A stretch of DNA of 64,000 bases from Chrysomallon squamiferum (lineage: Eukaryota > Animalia > Mollusca), in the NCBI GenBank assembly GCA_012295275.1, contig CM022676.1, forward strand, positions 7,874,001-7,938,000, given 5' to 3'. How positions within the stretch are numbered: the stretch's first letter is position 1; each line of letters opens with the position of its first letter. Both the position numbers and the translations under genes were made by a program. The notes under the pieces were generated by a model that made no database searches, was not told where the DNA came from, and worked only from the letters and a program-made list of their open reading frames with translations. Shown one piece after another: positions 1 through 13,289 of this stretch.

Positions 1-1273
1 ATAAAATAAAAATGTTTTCAGGTGATAATTTCAGAATAAATTTCGTGTTCCGATGCACCAAACAAGCTTTATATTGTAATAATGCAATCTAAAGTGATAT
101 AACTATGTATAATATAACGTAATATACCGTAGCAGATTAGAATATGCTTATATACTAAAGAACTTTATACTGAATATAGTATGATACAGTACAGTATAGT
201 AATATATATTTTAATACAGAATAGTATAATATAGAATATAAAATATAGTGTAGTATAGTGTAACTCATCATAACAGCATACCATAGCATAGCACAGCATA
301 ACATAGCATAGCATAGTATAGGATTGTCTAGTATATTATACTGCAGTTAAATTTAGTAGAACACAGAATAATACTGCAAAAACACTGTAAAATTTAATAT
401 AGTATAGTTTAATATAGTAAATAATGATAATAATAAAATACATAAATACATTTTTAAAAATTAAAATATATATCTACTAAACAAATATATTATTATTTTC
501 TTCTATTGTATTATTATATATTACTTATGCATTATACTCACTTTTTAATAACTGTATAATAATTATAATGAATTGCATTCTACTCTTTATGTAACATTAT
601 ATTATTTTACCGTGAAATAGACTACTTAGCACTGAATTATATTACATTACATTACGTAATATAATATCACATTGTATGAAATTATATTACACTGCATAAC
701 ATTACTTTATATTATCATAATTGCTTTTCATTCCCGTTTAATCTATATAACGTTTTGCGTCAAAGAAAAAGAAACTTCTGATGTTTAGTATATAGAGAAA
801 TTATACAGAGAAAGTCTAAAACTATGCTGGTTAGGAATAGAATATAAGAATTAACTGCCAGTATGCAATCAAGTGTCATTAAATCATAATTGTATTTATG
901 AAGTGATCCCATCAACGTAACCAAGAATTCACTGTATTAATTTCTTCTGCATTATCAACGTAATCATGGTTTATGACCTCAGATTTCAAATAATGTGTTT
1001 TATTGAGATGTTTTGCTTAGTGATCATTAACGGTGCATATTTACTAGAAAGATAATTATAAATATGGAACGGATAATACATCTACATCCAGTATTGTTTT
1101 GTTTTATTGAGATGTATTGTTTAGTTATCAGTAGCAATATATATTTCCTAGAATGGTAATTATGAACAAAACACCTCTGAGTTATAGTACTGTCCAGTTT
1201 TATTGAGTTTATTGTTTAATTATCATAAACACTATGTATTTCCTAGAATGTTAATAATAAAACTGATTTTTAC

Positions 1274-2304
1274 CTCTCACTTCCAGGTTTATTACATTGC
1301 TGCGTGGCCTGTAATCACCACATCTCCACACTGTTCCTTGTTGACTGAGGCTGACAGATTTTACTATGAGGAGATTTGTGTCATTTGAACAGCGAAAACT
1401 GTGTACTTTTGGATGTTCACCCAAAACATAACACTGAGTATAGTTTTCTAATACACGAATCCTGTATTCTGTGTTATTCACGAACCAGGTAACTGTACGA
1501 GAAGGAAAATCACTCTGACAGATGAAAGTAAAAAGTGATCCAACAACTGCATATGGGCCTGATGTTGTTAATCTATAATGCTGACCTTAAATTAGAAGAA
1601 ACAAATTAAAAAAAAAATAATTTATATATTATAATTAAAATTAAAATAAATTCATATAAACAAAGTTATTTTTTTGTTATTACATATTTTCTATGTTACA
1701 GTACGCTGTATAATGGACGGATATTAAGCAGTGACGTTATGTTATGTAATGTTGACTTATATTACATTACATCCTATTATATCATATCGTATCATTGTAC
1801 TATTTTCTATAGTAGTATATTATATTGTACGACATTATTTTATATTATCAAAATTGCCTTTCTTTCTGGTTTAATGTATATGTTTTGCGCCAAAATAAGA
1901 AACTGCTGATGTTTAGCATGTAGACAAATATATACGTTATCATGAATTCACTGTATTAATGTGTACTGCGTTATCATGTAATTCACTGTATTAATGTGTA
2001 CTGCGTTATCATGTAATTCACTGTATTAATGTGTACTGCGTTGTGAACGTAATCATGAATTCACTGTATTAATGCGGAGAATGTCCACTTATATTTACAC
2101 AATCATACAGGTAATAAATCAGATAATAAAATTAGGACTATCAATCCATAACCATCGTCCATAATATAACGACAACTCCCTCCAGATTTCACAGTTACTA
2201 AATGAGATTAACTTAGAGATAAATAATTTGAATCTAAAATACATACCTTGTACGTACAATACACATCCCAGTATCATGAACACAGAGAATAACTTACAAC
2301 TCAT
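1274..2304 (-). CDS. Gene A (partial, continues off left edge): IgSF receptor; leader exon 2304-2247, V-like Ig exon 1585-1274
   Basis: 58-nt exon MSCKLFSVFMILGCVLYVQ-G ending CAAG|gtatgt. 312-nt open phase-1 exon (ttaag|GT...GAG|gtaaaa) encoding QHYRLTT..FTFIC..VTWFVNN..C..C..VWRCG..NLEVR. Close paralogue of gene C exons 1-2. Confidence 0.75.
1944..2075. repeat. Short tandem repeat (~34-nt unit AATTCACTGTATTAATGTGTACTGCGTTATCATG, 3-4 copies) in gene A intron 1
   Basis: Direct repeats read from sequence; the homologous gene C intron (~44970-45030) has about two copies. Confidence 0.8.
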
Positions 2305-2459
2305 TTCCAGTATTTTAGTTTTCATTGCCGTTAATAAAATAAAATTATTATTATTTGTTTTTTGTTTATTATTATTAGTATTTTTTATCGTTTCTTCACT
2401 ACTTTCTTGTTTTAAATTCTTCTTTTTTAATTTTCTGTTGCTATGTTACCAAATTTATT

Positions 2460-2830
2460 TCCTGTTTCACAAGTAAAACACCCGTTTTTTATAAAATAAC
2501 ATCTATAATATACTACATCCACTCGACTGACTTCAGCAGTTTGCTGGTTCAACAAATACTAACATGTATTTGTACATTCACACACTATAAGAAGAAACCA
2601 TACACCCAATCATAAAATGATCAGTTCGGAAATCTTGGGACATTCCAGTCGAGGTAAATAATGAGGTAACGGTCTGCTGATTAACACGTGACAACTACTA
2701 TTTTAGACCGAGGTAATCGTCGCTTCATGCGCAACCCGAATGGGTACTACTTTACAGAATATTGTCTTGGTGTAGATCTAATCAGACTACCTAAGAAAAA
2801 GGTCGCTCATAATCGGGGGTAATCATCGCC
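2460..2830 (-). promoter_or_regulatory. Conserved upstream (putative promoter/5'UTR) block of the receptor family
   Basis: Homologous block precedes the leader exons of A, B (~18520-18950, +) and C (~45450-45850, -) and recurs in the pseudogene cassettes. Function is inferred from position only. Confidence 0.4.
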
Positions 2831-3233
2831 GTTCTTTGTCTTTTGTAGTGTTTGCGTGCATCTATTGTTTTGTGTCAAAGGTTGCAGTGGGAAATATGTA
2901 TTTCGAAATTTAGATATTTTACCACGAATCACGCCGTTCTTTGTCTTTTGTAATTTTTGCGTAGGTCTATTATTATTTGTTTTAATCTCTTTGTTTTTCT
3001 TTGGAGAAGCGTGTTACTGGCAAACGTGTATTTTAGGATCTGATTATTCTCTGTCATATATACGTCTGGTTAGACGTTGCACATAGACAATAATCTACCT
3101 ATGTTCATGTGTTTCTAACATTCTTTACATCACTCTGTCGATCCATCAGTCCATCCAACTCACTAGGTGTTTGTAAATTTACAATTATCTATGTAACAAC
3201 GTATGGTTGTACTGTGTGGAAATGTACTCATGC

Positions 3234-3278
<45 letters not shown>

Positions 3279-3484
3279 AACGTATACATACGAAGTTTAT
3301 GATTAACAAATAAACTTGTTTCCTTCTTTATAATTCACTCATATTACATCATTTAATATCAAACTTTATAATTCATAAGTCATATATATTTATTTAAGCT
3401 GTATATGAAATATAAATGGAATTACATTTATAATATGTTTCTATTCTAAGGCTATCTCATTAAATCCAAAAATCCGATATAAGT

Positions 3485-3515
<31 letters not shown>

Positions 3516-4344
3516 TGTATGTGTGTTTTAAAACAGTGTCTAGATTGAACTGGAATGAAGTACAGTGATAATAATATAACTTAAAGTTATATCAAACAAT
3601 ATAATAAGATACTTTACAATATAATATAATATTGCACGATATGATATCATAAGAACACAATAGACAAAATACAGTAACTTGGCAGAAACAGTATGAGGTG
3701 TTTGGGGTTAGAGTTTTTTGTTCGTCTTCTTCCATCCATGGCTGGTTTTAAACAGAGTTGTAGAGATACAATATATCAGATTAAAACTAACCGAGTCATG
3801 TCATGCGCTAAGAAAAACTGACAAACAGGCAAATTCAAAATGGTCGCCCTTTATCTCTTTGCAACACCCAGTTTATTATGAAATATCATCTGAGAATTTG
3901 TAGAAACATTTTTCATTATTAAAAATGAACGCACGCACACACACACACAATATAAATCTGTGTTTGTATATGTATATATACACACACACACACATACACA
4001 TATACATGTAAAGATGAGCATACGCACATACACATGTATTTACTCACCTACTTACTTACAAAAAAAAAGAAAAAACACATTCAGCATACATATATGCATG
4101 GATATATGCATGGACACATACTACTTACATACATACATACGTACGTAAGCACTTATCTGCAAACACATTGCTATAATATAAATAAATACATACGTACATA
4201 TATACACACAGGCATAACCTCCCAAAAAACATTATCCCCACAAATAAACCAAAAAGACCCTCCAAAAACGTACTGAACAAAATCAAGTATTCAAAATATA
4301 ACGGGAGTAAACCTGATCAGTCGGGAAAAGTAATAATAAAAATA

Positions 4345-4397
<53 letters not shown>

Positions 4398-4398
4398 C

Positions 4399-4429
<31 letters not shown>

Positions 4430-4782
4430 AAAGAACGAAAAGAAACAAACAAAGAAGAAAACTCATCCAGAGGTTGAATAACAGGTACAGGCTGAAAGCT
4501 TAGTAAATGTGATTGTGAGAAATGAATTTTGAAAGAAAATAAGACAGAACATTAACAAATCAAAATGCAGACGAATAGTTTACGTAAAGTCGTTGAATAT
4601 TTTGATATCACAGACCGGTGTATGTTGAGAATGATACAACAGATACGTCAATTACAACAAAGAACAGAGATATTTTTATTTCAAACTGTGAAACGTATTG
4701 TACATTTTTATATAATTATCTACGTTATAGGTGTATGCATACGCACACGGATTTAGATATATACTCAAAAAGTAAGAATACG

Positions 4783-4927
<145 letters not shown>

Positions 4928-7820
4928 TTCTTGTATAACCGAACAAAATAGAAAGAATATGCTACACAATAACTTGGCAGAAAGAGTTTCATGTGTTTTG
5001 GGTTACATCTTTTGTGCGTCGTCTTCCATTCATGGCTGGTTTTGAACAGAGTGTAGAGTTACAACATAACACAGTAAAACGGGTCTGTCTTGTCATGACA
5101 GAAAATATTAAACTTGACAAGCAGCCAAATTCAAAATGGCCGCCCTTTATGTCTTTGCAAACCCACTTTATTATGAAATATCACGTGAGAATTTCTCATT
5201 ATTAAACATGAATAAAATCGCATACACACACATACATACACATACATATGCGAATGTACTTATATACATATATACATAAACAAACATACGCACATACACA
5301 TATATTTACTTACCTACTTACATAGATAGGTACAAACAAAAAGAAAATAAAAATAATTAACAAAAACCCACAACAACAAACAAACACCTTCAGCATACAT
5401 ACATGCACACATACACACATTCATGCATACGAAAAACTTATCTACATACCTGCAAATACACAAATACATATTTTTATAATATAAAATACCTACATACGTG
5501 CATACATACACCCAGGCATAAATCCCCACTGAAAATAAAAATATAACAAAAAAGAAAAGACATAAAAACAAATAAACGTTTTGAAGAAAATCAAGTATTC
5601 AAAATATAACGCTGTATGGCAAGTCTAAGAGCTGGATTCAATTCAGTGAATTTAATTTAATAATAAAAATGTATAACAACCCAGAGGTTACTTTATAAAG
5701 AATAAAACGAATTTTCATTTTACTTGTGAAACAGGGAGTAAACCTGATAAGTTAGCAAAAATAAAATAAAAAAGATGTTGAAAATCATATTTATATAAGC
5801 AGCAGACGAAAGAAGAAAACAGTGAAGAAAATAAAATATAATAAAAAACTATATTTTTATTAACGTGAAAACAAAAGTAAAGGAAATGAGTTGTAATATA
5901 TTCTGTCTGTTCGTGTTACTGGGATGTGTGTAATAAAATATTATAAAAACACTATTTTTATTAACGTGAAAACTAAAATAAAGGAAATGAGTTGTAATAT
6001 ATTCTGTGTGTTCATGTTACTGGGATGTGTATTGTACGTATATTTTTTATATTCAGATTATTTATCTCTATCCGAATTAATTTCATTTCTTTTTAAATCT
6101 AGGTGGAATCGCTGCTACATATTCCTGACTAATGTAAATTAACAAACATGATTGTGTGTTTCGAAATTTATAACAATATAAGACAGAACAATAACAAATC
6201 AAAATGCAGACGAATAGTTTACGTAAAGTCGTTGAATATTTTGGTATCAGAGACTGGTGTATGTTGAGAATGGTACAAAAGATACGTCAATTATAACAAA
6301 GAACAGAGATATTTTTATTTCAAACTGTGAAACGTATTGTACATTTTTATATAATTATCTACGTTATAGGTGTATGCATACGCACACGGATTTAGATATA
6401 TACTCAAAAAGTAAGAATACGACACACACACACACACTGACACACACACATTGTTATATAACCGAACAAAATAGAAAGAATATGCTACTCAATAACTTGG
6501 CAAAAAGAGTTTCATGTGTTTTGGGTTGCATGTTTTGTGCGTCGTCTTCCATCCATGGCTAGTTTTGAATAGAGTGGTAGAGTTACAATAAGAGTTAAAA
6601 CGGATCCGTCTTGTCATGACAGGAAAAACTAAACTTGACAAGCAGCCAAATTCAAAATGGCCGCCCTTTATGTCTTTGCAACACCCACTTTCTGATGAAA
6701 TATCACGTGAGAATTTCTCATTATTAAACATGAAAAAAATAGCACACACACACACATACATACACACACATATGCGAATGTACTTATATACATATATACA
6801 TAAACGAACATACGCACATACACGTATATTTCTTACCTACTTACATAGATAGGTACAATAAAAATAATTAAAAAAAAACCCCACAACAACAAACACCTTC
6901 AGCATACACACATGCATACATACATAAATTCATACATACGCAAAAACTTATCTACATACCTGCAAATACACAAATACATATTTCTGTAATATAAAATGCC
7001 TACATACGGGCATATATACACCCAGGCATAAATCCCCACCGAAAAAAAAAAAAAAAAAAAAAAAACATAACAAAAAAGAAAAGACATCAGAACAAAAAAA
7101 ACGTATTGAAGAAAATCAACTATTCAAAATTTAACGCTGTATGGCAAGTTTAAGAGCTGAATTCAATTCAGTGAATTTAATTTAATAATAAAAATGTATA
7201 ACAACCTAGAGGTTACTTTAGAAAGAATAAAACATATTTTCATTTTACTTGTGAAACAGGGAGTAAACCTGAAAAAGATGTTGAAAATTATATTTATATT
7301 AACAGCAGACGAAAGAAGAAACCAGTGAATAAAATAAAATATAATAAAAACTATATTTTTATTAATGTGAAAACTAAAATAAAGGAAATGAGTTGTAAAT
7401 TATTCTGTGTGTTCGTGTTACTGATTTTTGTAGTGTACGTACGTATTTTATATTCAGATTATTTTTCTCTATCCGAATTAATTTCATTTCATTGTTAAAT
7501 CTAGGTGCAATCGCTGCTACATATTCCTGACTAATGTAAATTAAAAAGCTTAATTGGGTGTTTCGAAATTTTGATATACATTTGTATTACGACACGATAC
7601 AGTAATATAATATAACACAACAAGACATGACAGTATGTAACACAACTTAATGTAATATAATGATGATGCTACTACTTCTACTACTACTACTACTAATAAT
7701 AATAGTTAATAAATAAAAATATTATAACTTAGCAACAATGCAATTATATAAAAATAATTTGATTTAATTTAATTTAATTATATTTATATTTTATTTTATT
7801 TTATTTATTTATAATTTAAG

Positions 7821-8142
7821 GTCAGTATTATATGTTAACAACATCAGACAGGTGTTCAATTGTTGGATCACCTTTTACTTCTCCTTGTCGAGAACTTCGT
7901 TCTCCAATTCTTTGTTCTATTATTGCTTGGTTTGTGAATAACACAGAATGCAAGATGCATGAACTAGATGGACAAGGTCAGTGACGTTTTCTTAATGAAC
8001 ATCCAGATAAATACATTTTTTAACTGTCTTTTTGAACGAATCATTCTCATAGTAAAGTCTGTGAAAATCAGTCAACATGAAACAGTATGGAGATATGATG
8101 AATATGGACGACGAAGCAATGAAATAAAACTTGAAGTGAGAG
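7821..8142 (+). pseudogene. V-like Ig pseudo-exon 1
   Basis: ttaag|GTCAG...GTGAGAG|gtaaaa boundaries; 322 nt (+1 frameshift at TACATTTTTTAAC); in-frame TGA replacing a Cys; WRC->WRY. Confidence 0.85.
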
Positions 8143-9214
8143 GTAAAATTAACTTTATTTTTAATATTATTACTATACGTATTGTATTAAAAAACACAAC
8201 AAAAAAAACAACAACAACAAGTTCGTCAGTTTCGGTATGAAGCATTTGCCTCATTTGGTCAGTGTTGTTACGGCCATATATGTATACTTTTATATATATA
8301 TGTGTCTGTATGTGTGTGTACGTGTATGTGTACGTGAGGACATATGTAGAATCATACGTTGTTACATAGATAATTACATATTTACAAATACCTAGGCAGT
8401 GAGTTGGATGGACGGATGGATGGGCAGATTGATCGAAAGAATGAAAGAAACAAATGAACACTGGCAGAGTATTGTCTACGTGCAAAGTCTAACGAGACGT
8501 AAATAAGACAAAGAATATTCTGATCCTAAAATACATATTACATATCTGCCAGTGACAGGAAAAAATGTAAAAATAGATGCACGTGAAAATTACAAGAGAC
8601 AAAGAACGCAATACGACGTGGGAAGCGATGATTACCTGCGATTACTGAAAAACCTTTTGACATAAAAAATAAGATCCACGCAAAATTATAAAAAACAAAG
8701 AACGGCGTGCTTCGTGGTAGAATATAAAATCTGATAATACATATTTGCCAGTGCAACGGTTAACACAAAACAATAGATACACGCAACCATTACAAATGAC
8801 AAAGAACGACGTACGACGTGGGAAGCGATGATTACCCCCGATTGCTGTACAGCCTTTTTTCTTGTCTGATTAGATCTCCACGTAGACAATATTCGGTGAC
8901 GTCATCCGTCTTCGGGGTGCATGATGATTACTCTCGGTCTAAAATAGCGTTCGTCGCGCTGAAAAGCGGTCACGTTTCAGTCAGCTGACCGTTACGTCAC
9001 TGTTTAGGTCGTTTCGAACATGTCCGAAGATTTCCGAGTCTGTCATTTTCTGATAGAGGTCTTGGATTTCGTCTTGTAGTGTATGTACAAGTAAATAGTA
9101 CTTTTTATGCGCTACAAGCGAACTGCTGAAGTCAGTCGAGTGATTCTAGTATATTATAAATATTATTTTACTGGGATTAAAACGGATTTAGATATATACT
9201 CAAAAAGTAAGAAT

Positions 9215-9263
<49 letters not shown>

Positions 9264-10900
9264 TCTTGTATAACCGAACAAAATAGAAAGAATATGCTAC
9301 ACAATAACTTGGCAGAAAGAGTGTATTGGGTTACATATTTTGTGCGCCGTCTTCCATCCATGGCTGGTTTTGAATAGAGTGGTAGAGTTACAATAAGAGT
9401 TAAAACGGGTCCGTGTTGTCTTGACAGAAAATTACTAAACTTGACAAGTAGCCAAATTCAAAATGGCCGCCCTTTATCTCTTTGGGTTACATCTTGTGTG
9501 CGTCGTCTTTCACTGATGGCTGAATTTAAATAGAGTGTAGAGTTACAAATATCACAGTAAAACGGATTCGTCTTGTCATGGCATCAGAAACAGAACTTGA
9601 GAAGCAGTCAAATTCAAAATGGCCGCACTTTATCTCTGTGTAGCACCCATTTTATTATTATATATCACTGACAATTTGCACAAAATTTATCATTAGTAAA
9701 AATGAACACAAACGCACACACACACATACATACAAATGTACATATATACATACATACATATAAACATAAACGAACATACGCACATACACATATATTTACT
9801 TACCAACTTACATAGATAGGATACATACAAAAAAACAACAAACACGTTCAGCATACAAACATGCACACATATATACAGTCATACATACGCAACAACTTAT
9901 CTACATACCTGCAAATACACAAATACATATTTCTATAATATAAAATACCTACATACGTGCACATATACACCCAAGCATAAACCCCCGCCAAAAAACATAA
10001 AAACAAATAAACGTATTGAAGAAAATCAAGTATTCAAAATATAACGCTGTATGGCAAGTCTAAGAGCTGGCTTCAGTTCAGTGAATTTAATTTAATAATA
10101 AAAATGAAAAACAACCCAGAGGTTACTTTATAAAGAATAAAACGAATTTTCATTTTACTTGTGAAACAGGGAGTAAACCTGATAAGTTAGCAAAAATAAA
10201 ATAAAAAAGATGTTGAAAATCATATTTATATTAGCAGCAGACGAAAGAAGAAAACAGTGAAGAAAATAAAATATAATAAAAAACTATATTTTTATTAACG
10301 TGAAAACTAAAGTAAAGGAAATGAGTTGTAATATATTCTGTGTGTTCGTGTTACTGGGATGTGTGTAATAAAATATAATAAAAAACTTTATTTTTATTAA
10401 CGTGAAAACTAAAATAAAGGAAATGAGTTGTAAGTTATTCTGTGTGTTCATGTTACTGGGATGTGTATTGTATGTACGTATTTTATATTCAGATTATTTT
10501 TCTCTATCCGAATTAATTTCATTTGATTGTTAAATCGCTGAAATCGCTTCTACATATTCCTGACGAATGTAAATTAAAAAGCATAATTGTGTGTTTCGAA
10601 ATTTTGATATACATTTGTATTACGACACGATACAGTAATATAATACAACATAACAAGACATGACAGTCTGTAACCTAACTGAATGTAACAGAATATAATA
10701 CGTCTAAAATTATGTAACAGATCGTAACAAAGTAATAATAATGATGATAGTACTTCTACTACTACTACTAATAATAATAGTAATAAATAAAAAATATCAT
10801 AAATTAGAAACAATGCAATTACATAAAAATAATCTGATTTAATTTAATTTAATTATATTTTTATTTTATTTTATTTTATTTTATTTATTTATAATTTAAG

Positions 10901-11222
10901 GTCAGTATTATATGTTAACAATATCAGACAGATGTGCAGTTGTTGGATGACCTGTTACTTCTACTTGTCGAGAAATTCGTTCTCCAATTTTTTGTTCTAT
11001 TATTGCTGGGTTTGTGAATAACACAGAATGCAAGATGCATGAACTAGATGGAAAAAGTCAGTGTCGTTTTCTTAATGAACATCCAGAAGAATACATTTTT
11101 TAACTGTCTTTTTGAACGAATCATTCTCATAGTAAAGTCTGTCAAAATCAGTCAACATGAAACAGTATGGAGATATGATGAATATGGACGACGAAGCAAT
11201 GAAATAAAACTTGAAGTGAGAG
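10901..11222 (+). pseudogene. V-like Ig pseudo-exon 2
   Basis: Same boundaries, 322 nt, same +1 frameshift and WRY; additional GGA-TGA stop. Confidence 0.85.
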
Positions 11223-13289
11223 GTAAAATTAACTTTATTTTTAATATTATTACTATACGTATTGTATTTAAAAAAAAAAGAAGGAAAAAACAAAACAAGA
11301 AACAACAACAACAACAAGTTCGTCAATTTCGGTATGAAGCATTTACCTCATTTGCTTCAGTGTTGTTACGGCCATATATGTGTACTTTTATATATATGTG
11401 TGTCTGTATGTGTGCGTATGTGTATGTGTACGTGAGCACACATGTAGAATCATACGTTCTTTTATAGATAATTACATATTTACAAATACTTAGGCAGTGA
11501 GTTGGATGGACGGATGGATGGGCAGAATGATGGAAAGAATGAAAGAAACAAATGAACACTGGCAGAGTATTGTCTACGTGCAAAGTCTAACGAGACGTAA
11601 ATAAGACAAAGAACAATCTAACCCTAAAATACATATTACTAATTTGCCAGTGACAGGTTTCCCACGTAAATAGATGCACGTGAAAATTACAAAAGACAAA
11701 GAAAGGAATACGACGTGGGAAGCGATGATTACCTGCGATTACTGAAAAACCTTTTGACATAAAAAATTAGATCCACGCAAAATTATAAAAAAAACAAAGA
11801 ACGGCGTGCTTCGTGGTAGAATATAAAATCTGATAATACATATTTGCCAGTGCAACGGTTAACACAAAACAATAGATACACGCAACCATTACAAATGACA
11901 AAGGACGACGTACGACGTGGGAAGCGATGATTACCCCCGATTACTGACCAGCCTTTTTTCTTGTCTGATTAGATCTCCACGTAGACAATATTCGGTGACG
12001 TCATCCGTCTTCGGGGTGCATGATGATTACTCTCGGTCTAAAATAGCGTTCGTGGCGCTGAAAAGCGGCCACGTTTCAGTCAGCTGACCGTTACGTCACT
12101 GTTTAGGTCGTTTCGAACATGTCCGAAGATTTCCGAGTCTGTCATTTTCTGACAGAGGTCTTGGATTTCGTCTTATCGTGTATGTACAAGTAAATAGTAC
12201 TTTTTATACGCTACCAGCGAACTGCTGAAGTCAGTCGAGTGGTTCTAGTATATTATAGATATTATTTTACTAGGATTAAAACGGATTTAGATATGTACTC
12301 AAAAAGTAAGAATACAGCACACACACACACACAGACACACACACACTCACATTCTTGTATAACCGAACAAAATAGAAAGAATATGCTACACAATAACTTG
12401 GCAGAAAGAGTGTATTGGGTTACATATTTTGTGCGCCGTCTTCCATCCATGGCTGGTTTTGAATAGAGTGGTAGAGTTACAATAAGAGTTAAAACGGGTC
12501 CGTATTGTCATGACAGAACATTACTAAACTTGACAAGTAGCCAAATTCAAAATGGCCGCCCTTTATCTCTTTGGGTTACACCTTTTGTGCGTCGTCTTTC
12601 ACTGAGTGTAGAGTTACAAATATCAGAATAAAATGGATTCGTCTTGTCTTGGCATCAGAAACAGAACTTGAGAAGCAGCCAAATTCAAAATGGCCGCCCT
12701 TTATCTCTTTGCAGCACTCATTTTATTATTAAATATCACTGACAATTTGTACAAAATTTCTCATTATTAAAAATGAACATAAACGAACATACGCACATAC
12801 ACATATATTTACTTACCTACTTACATAGATAGGATACATACAAAAAACAACAAACACGTTCAGCATACAAACATGCACACATATATACAGTCATACATAC
12901 GCAACAACTTATCTACATACCTGCAAATACACAAATACATATTTCAATATAATTTAATGTTTCGCATCGTACGTAAATAAAGCAGCATTTCTCTACGTAG
13001 ACAATATAAAACGTTTTTCATATTTTTTCTCTATCGATTTTTGTAGTCGCGCCATACATAGATATTCATATACATAATGGAAAGAGGTATGGAAGCTTCA
13101 TCGCTTATCTGTGAAACGGCGAAATTATATAGAACTATGAAACAAAACATCGTAAGGCATTGTAAGGATCAACAACGTTACTTTACTACTTTTCAGGCAT
13201 ATATTAGTGTGAATTTAGCGTCAGAAATCCTAATTTCTTTCTGCAAATTTCACTGATTTTCTGTTTGTTTTTCTCACTTACTGTTACCT

